The notes beneath the pieces are model-generated. The model was given only the letters and a program-made list of their open reading frames with translations. It was not told the origin of the DNA and ran no database searches. A stretch of 64,000 bases of DNA. Origin: an uncultured Clostridia bacterium (GTDB lineage: Bacteria > Bacillota > Clostridia > Christensenellales > UBA3700). The number at the start of each line of letters is the position of its first letter. Positions within the stretch are counted from its first letter, which is position 1. This document shows positions 62,299 to 64,000 of this stretch, piece after piece. The stretch spans positions 321-64,320 of the forward strand of contig CAMWQA010000002.1 in assembly GCA_947176265.1 (NCBI GenBank), given 5' to 3'. A program made the position numbers and the translations under genes.

Positions 62299-62955
62299 AT
62301 GAAAAATTTAAAAAGGCTTTTTATTGCCGCAATTTTGATTTGCGTATTGTCTACGTCGATTATTTTGTGCGCTTGCAATACCAATCAACAACCAATCGAC
62401 CAACAGCCAAAGGTTAAGGATACCGATGAGTCTACGACGTATGCAAATCAAGAAGTAGATTACGACGTCAAATTTTACAGCGTCGACTGCAAATCAAAAA
62501 AGAACGCTACGACTTCTTTTGTACTAAATTCTCTTGAGGACCTCAACACCCTTTGCGACGACGAAATCTCCCCGTATTTCAAAACGACGTCCATAGAAGA
62601 AATTAAAGGATATTTATCGAACGAATATTTAAACGACGAAGCCGCCATTGAAAACGCATACGATATGTTTAACGGCGAAAATAAAAAGGCAATTCAAATA
62701 TTAAATAACTATGACGAAGATTATTTCCAAGAGAAATCTATCGTAGTGCTTTTCAGATTCAGACCTTACGAAACGGTACGATACTCTTTGAGCAATTTCG
62801 ACGTAAATGGAAATACTTTGGATATCATTTTGTCAACAAAAAAACCAATCGGTCCTCTTCCCTGCATAGTAGGAACTCACATGTACGTCATCGAACTTGA
62901 AAAAGAAGCTGTGGCTGACGTAACGAAAATAAACGTCAACGAAATTCAAATATAA
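62299..62955 (+). CDS. Small lipoprotein (unknown function)
   Basis: 218 aa with signal/lipobox LSTSIILCAC followed by a Q/P-rich linker. I recognise no family motif. Confidence 0.7.
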   Translation: MKNLKRLFIAAILICVLSTSIILCACNTNQQPIDQQPKVKDTDESTTYANQEVDYDVKFYSVDCKSKKNATTSFVLNSLEDLNTLCDDEISPYFKTTSIEEIKGYLSNEYLNDEAAIENAYDMFNGENKKAIQILNNYDEDYFQEKSIVVLFRFRPYETVRYSLSNFDVNGNTLDIILSTKKPIGPLPCIVGTHMYVIELEKEAVADVTKINVNEIQI

Positions 62956-62969
62956 TAAAATTTAAATTT

Positions 62970-62997
62970 AAAGCCACCGAAATATCGGGGGCTTTTT
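62970..62997. terminator. Terminator hairpin between convergent genes
   Basis: AAAGCC-a-CCG AAATAT CGG-g-GGCTTT (bulged stem), followed by a TTTTT run. Confidence 0.5.
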
Positions 62998-62998
62998 A

Positions 62999-63886
62999 TT
63001 ACGGTAATTTTCTACCCAACGAATGATAAAGATCGTACCACTCGCTGCGCGTCAAGGTAACGTCCTTTGCTTTGGCAATTTGTTTTACGCGCTCGGGCTG
63101 CGTAGTGCCGTTGATTACGGCAAAGCCTGCGGGGTGCTTGAGCAGCCAAGCTGCGGCGATAGCGTTGGGAGTTACTTCGTATTTAAAAGCCAATTCTTTG
63201 AGAATCTTGTTGAGTTTGGAATATTTGAAATCTCCAATAAAGGATTTTTTATTGCCTTTATAAGGCGAATAGCATTGAATTTGCACGTCGTTGAGTCTGC
63301 AATAATCAAGCGTGCCGTCGTCTCTGTTGACGCCCGCGTCGTTGAAGCGGTTGTAATTCATACCGTACTCTATCATAGGACAGTGGAATATGCTTACTCT
63401 GATTTGATTAAACGCAATCTTTTGTTTGCAACCCTTTTGCAAAAGCGCAATTTGAGACCCTGCAAAATTGCTTACGCCGAATTCACTTACTGCGCCCTCT
63501 GAAGAGAGTTTGTCAAAAGCCTTTGCTACGTCGTCGGGATTGAAGAGCGCGTCCGGTCTGTGAATAAGAAATCTGTCGATCTTCTCTACGCCCAATCTCT
63601 TGATACTCTTGTGTACGCAGTCGATAAGATAATTGGCGCTGTTGTCGTATCTGTGACACGACAGATCTTTGACGATACCGCCCTTTGTCTGCAAGACTAT
63701 TTTGTCGCGCAATTCGGGAGCTTCTTTAAGCGCCTTGCCAAACAACGTCTCGCATTCGCCGCCGCCGTAAATATCCGCGTGGTCAAATACGTTGATACCC
63801 ATCTCCAAATTTGCGTCAATCAATTCTCTGACGTCAAACGTCGTCAAATCTTTGATACGCATACATCCCTGAATAAACTTATCCAT
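62999..63886 (-). CDS. Aldo/keto reductase (YdhF-like oxidoreductase)
   Basis: FDHADIYGGGECETLFG, VLQTKGG and DRFLIHRPD give the AKR D-Y-K-H tetrad contexts. ATG at 63886 (MDKFIQGC) is preceded by AGAGG; the track start at 63934 is an extension. Confidence 0.8.
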   Translation of the reverse strand: MDKFIQGCMRIKDLTTFDVRELIDANLEMGINVFDHADIYGGGECETLFGKALKEAPELRDKIVLQTKGGIVKDLSCHRYDNSANYLIDCVHKSIKRLGVEKIDRFLIHRPDALFNPDDVAKAFDKLSSEGAVSEFGVSNFAGSQIALLQKGCKQKIAFNQIRVSIFHCPMIEYGMNYNRFNDAGVNRDDGTLDYCRLNDVQIQCYSPYKGNKKSFIGDFKYSKLNKILKELAFKYEVTPNAIAAAWLLKHPAGFAVINGTTQPERVKQIAKAKDVTLTRSEWYDLYHSLGRKLP

Positions 63887-64000
63887 ACAACACCTCTTCA
63901 GTATTATTTTAGCACAATGAATAAACCTTATCAATACGCGTCTTGTAAAACTAATGTAATATTTTGCTTAGTTGGAAAGTAGTGGTTTGATGTCACTAAG

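Noticed and set aside
1-64000. CRISPR arrays, rRNA genes, prophage or IS elements, and a histidine kinase partner for the response regulator
   Set aside because: I saw no regularly spaced direct repeats, no rRNA-like conserved blocks and no transposase or phage-structural motifs. No ORF has HisKA/HATPase (H-box, N/G1/G2) motifs.

Overview
This 64-kb window looks like chromosome of a moderate-GC (about 43% by eye) endospore-forming Firmicute. The spoVT / yabM-like flippase / yabN(mazG) order matches Bacillus, followed by dusB, a GNAT gene and trmL. Almost every gene from 2.8 to 46 kb lies on the minus strand.

Four giant envelope proteins (2178, 2184, 1924 and 2653 aa) take up about 42% of the window. 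Three of them form one tightly coupled 20.3-kb operon (22889-43194). Directly upstream of that operon sit an orphan OmpR-family response regulator with Glu in place of the phospho-acceptor Asp, and an intergenic region with two sets of 11-bp-phased direct repeats but no -35 box. The fourth giant gene (5489-12025) is preceded by 27-bp inverted repeats. These flank a 69-bp segment carrying a perfect TTGCAA-17-TATAAT promoter that points away from the gene, so it is a candidate phase-variable invertible promoter.

An AT-rich 3.9-kb island inserted at the 3' end of tRNA-Ser(GGA) carries a methyltransferase-nuclease-methyltransferase restriction-modification operon. It is flanked by imperfect direct repeats and has no integrase.

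Other content:
- a Wzz-like / O-antigen-ligase-like / beta-propeller lipoprotein cluster
- an operon of two Fe-S aldo/keto reductases, an ECF S-component and a DUF1893 protein
- a BspA-type LRR surface protein
- housekeeping genes (lysA, radC, ispE, rubrerythrin-like, NlpC/P60, SIS, DUF815 ATPase)

I saw no rRNA, CRISPR array, transposase or integrase. All calls rest on reading the sequence and on remembered family motifs; no searches were run.
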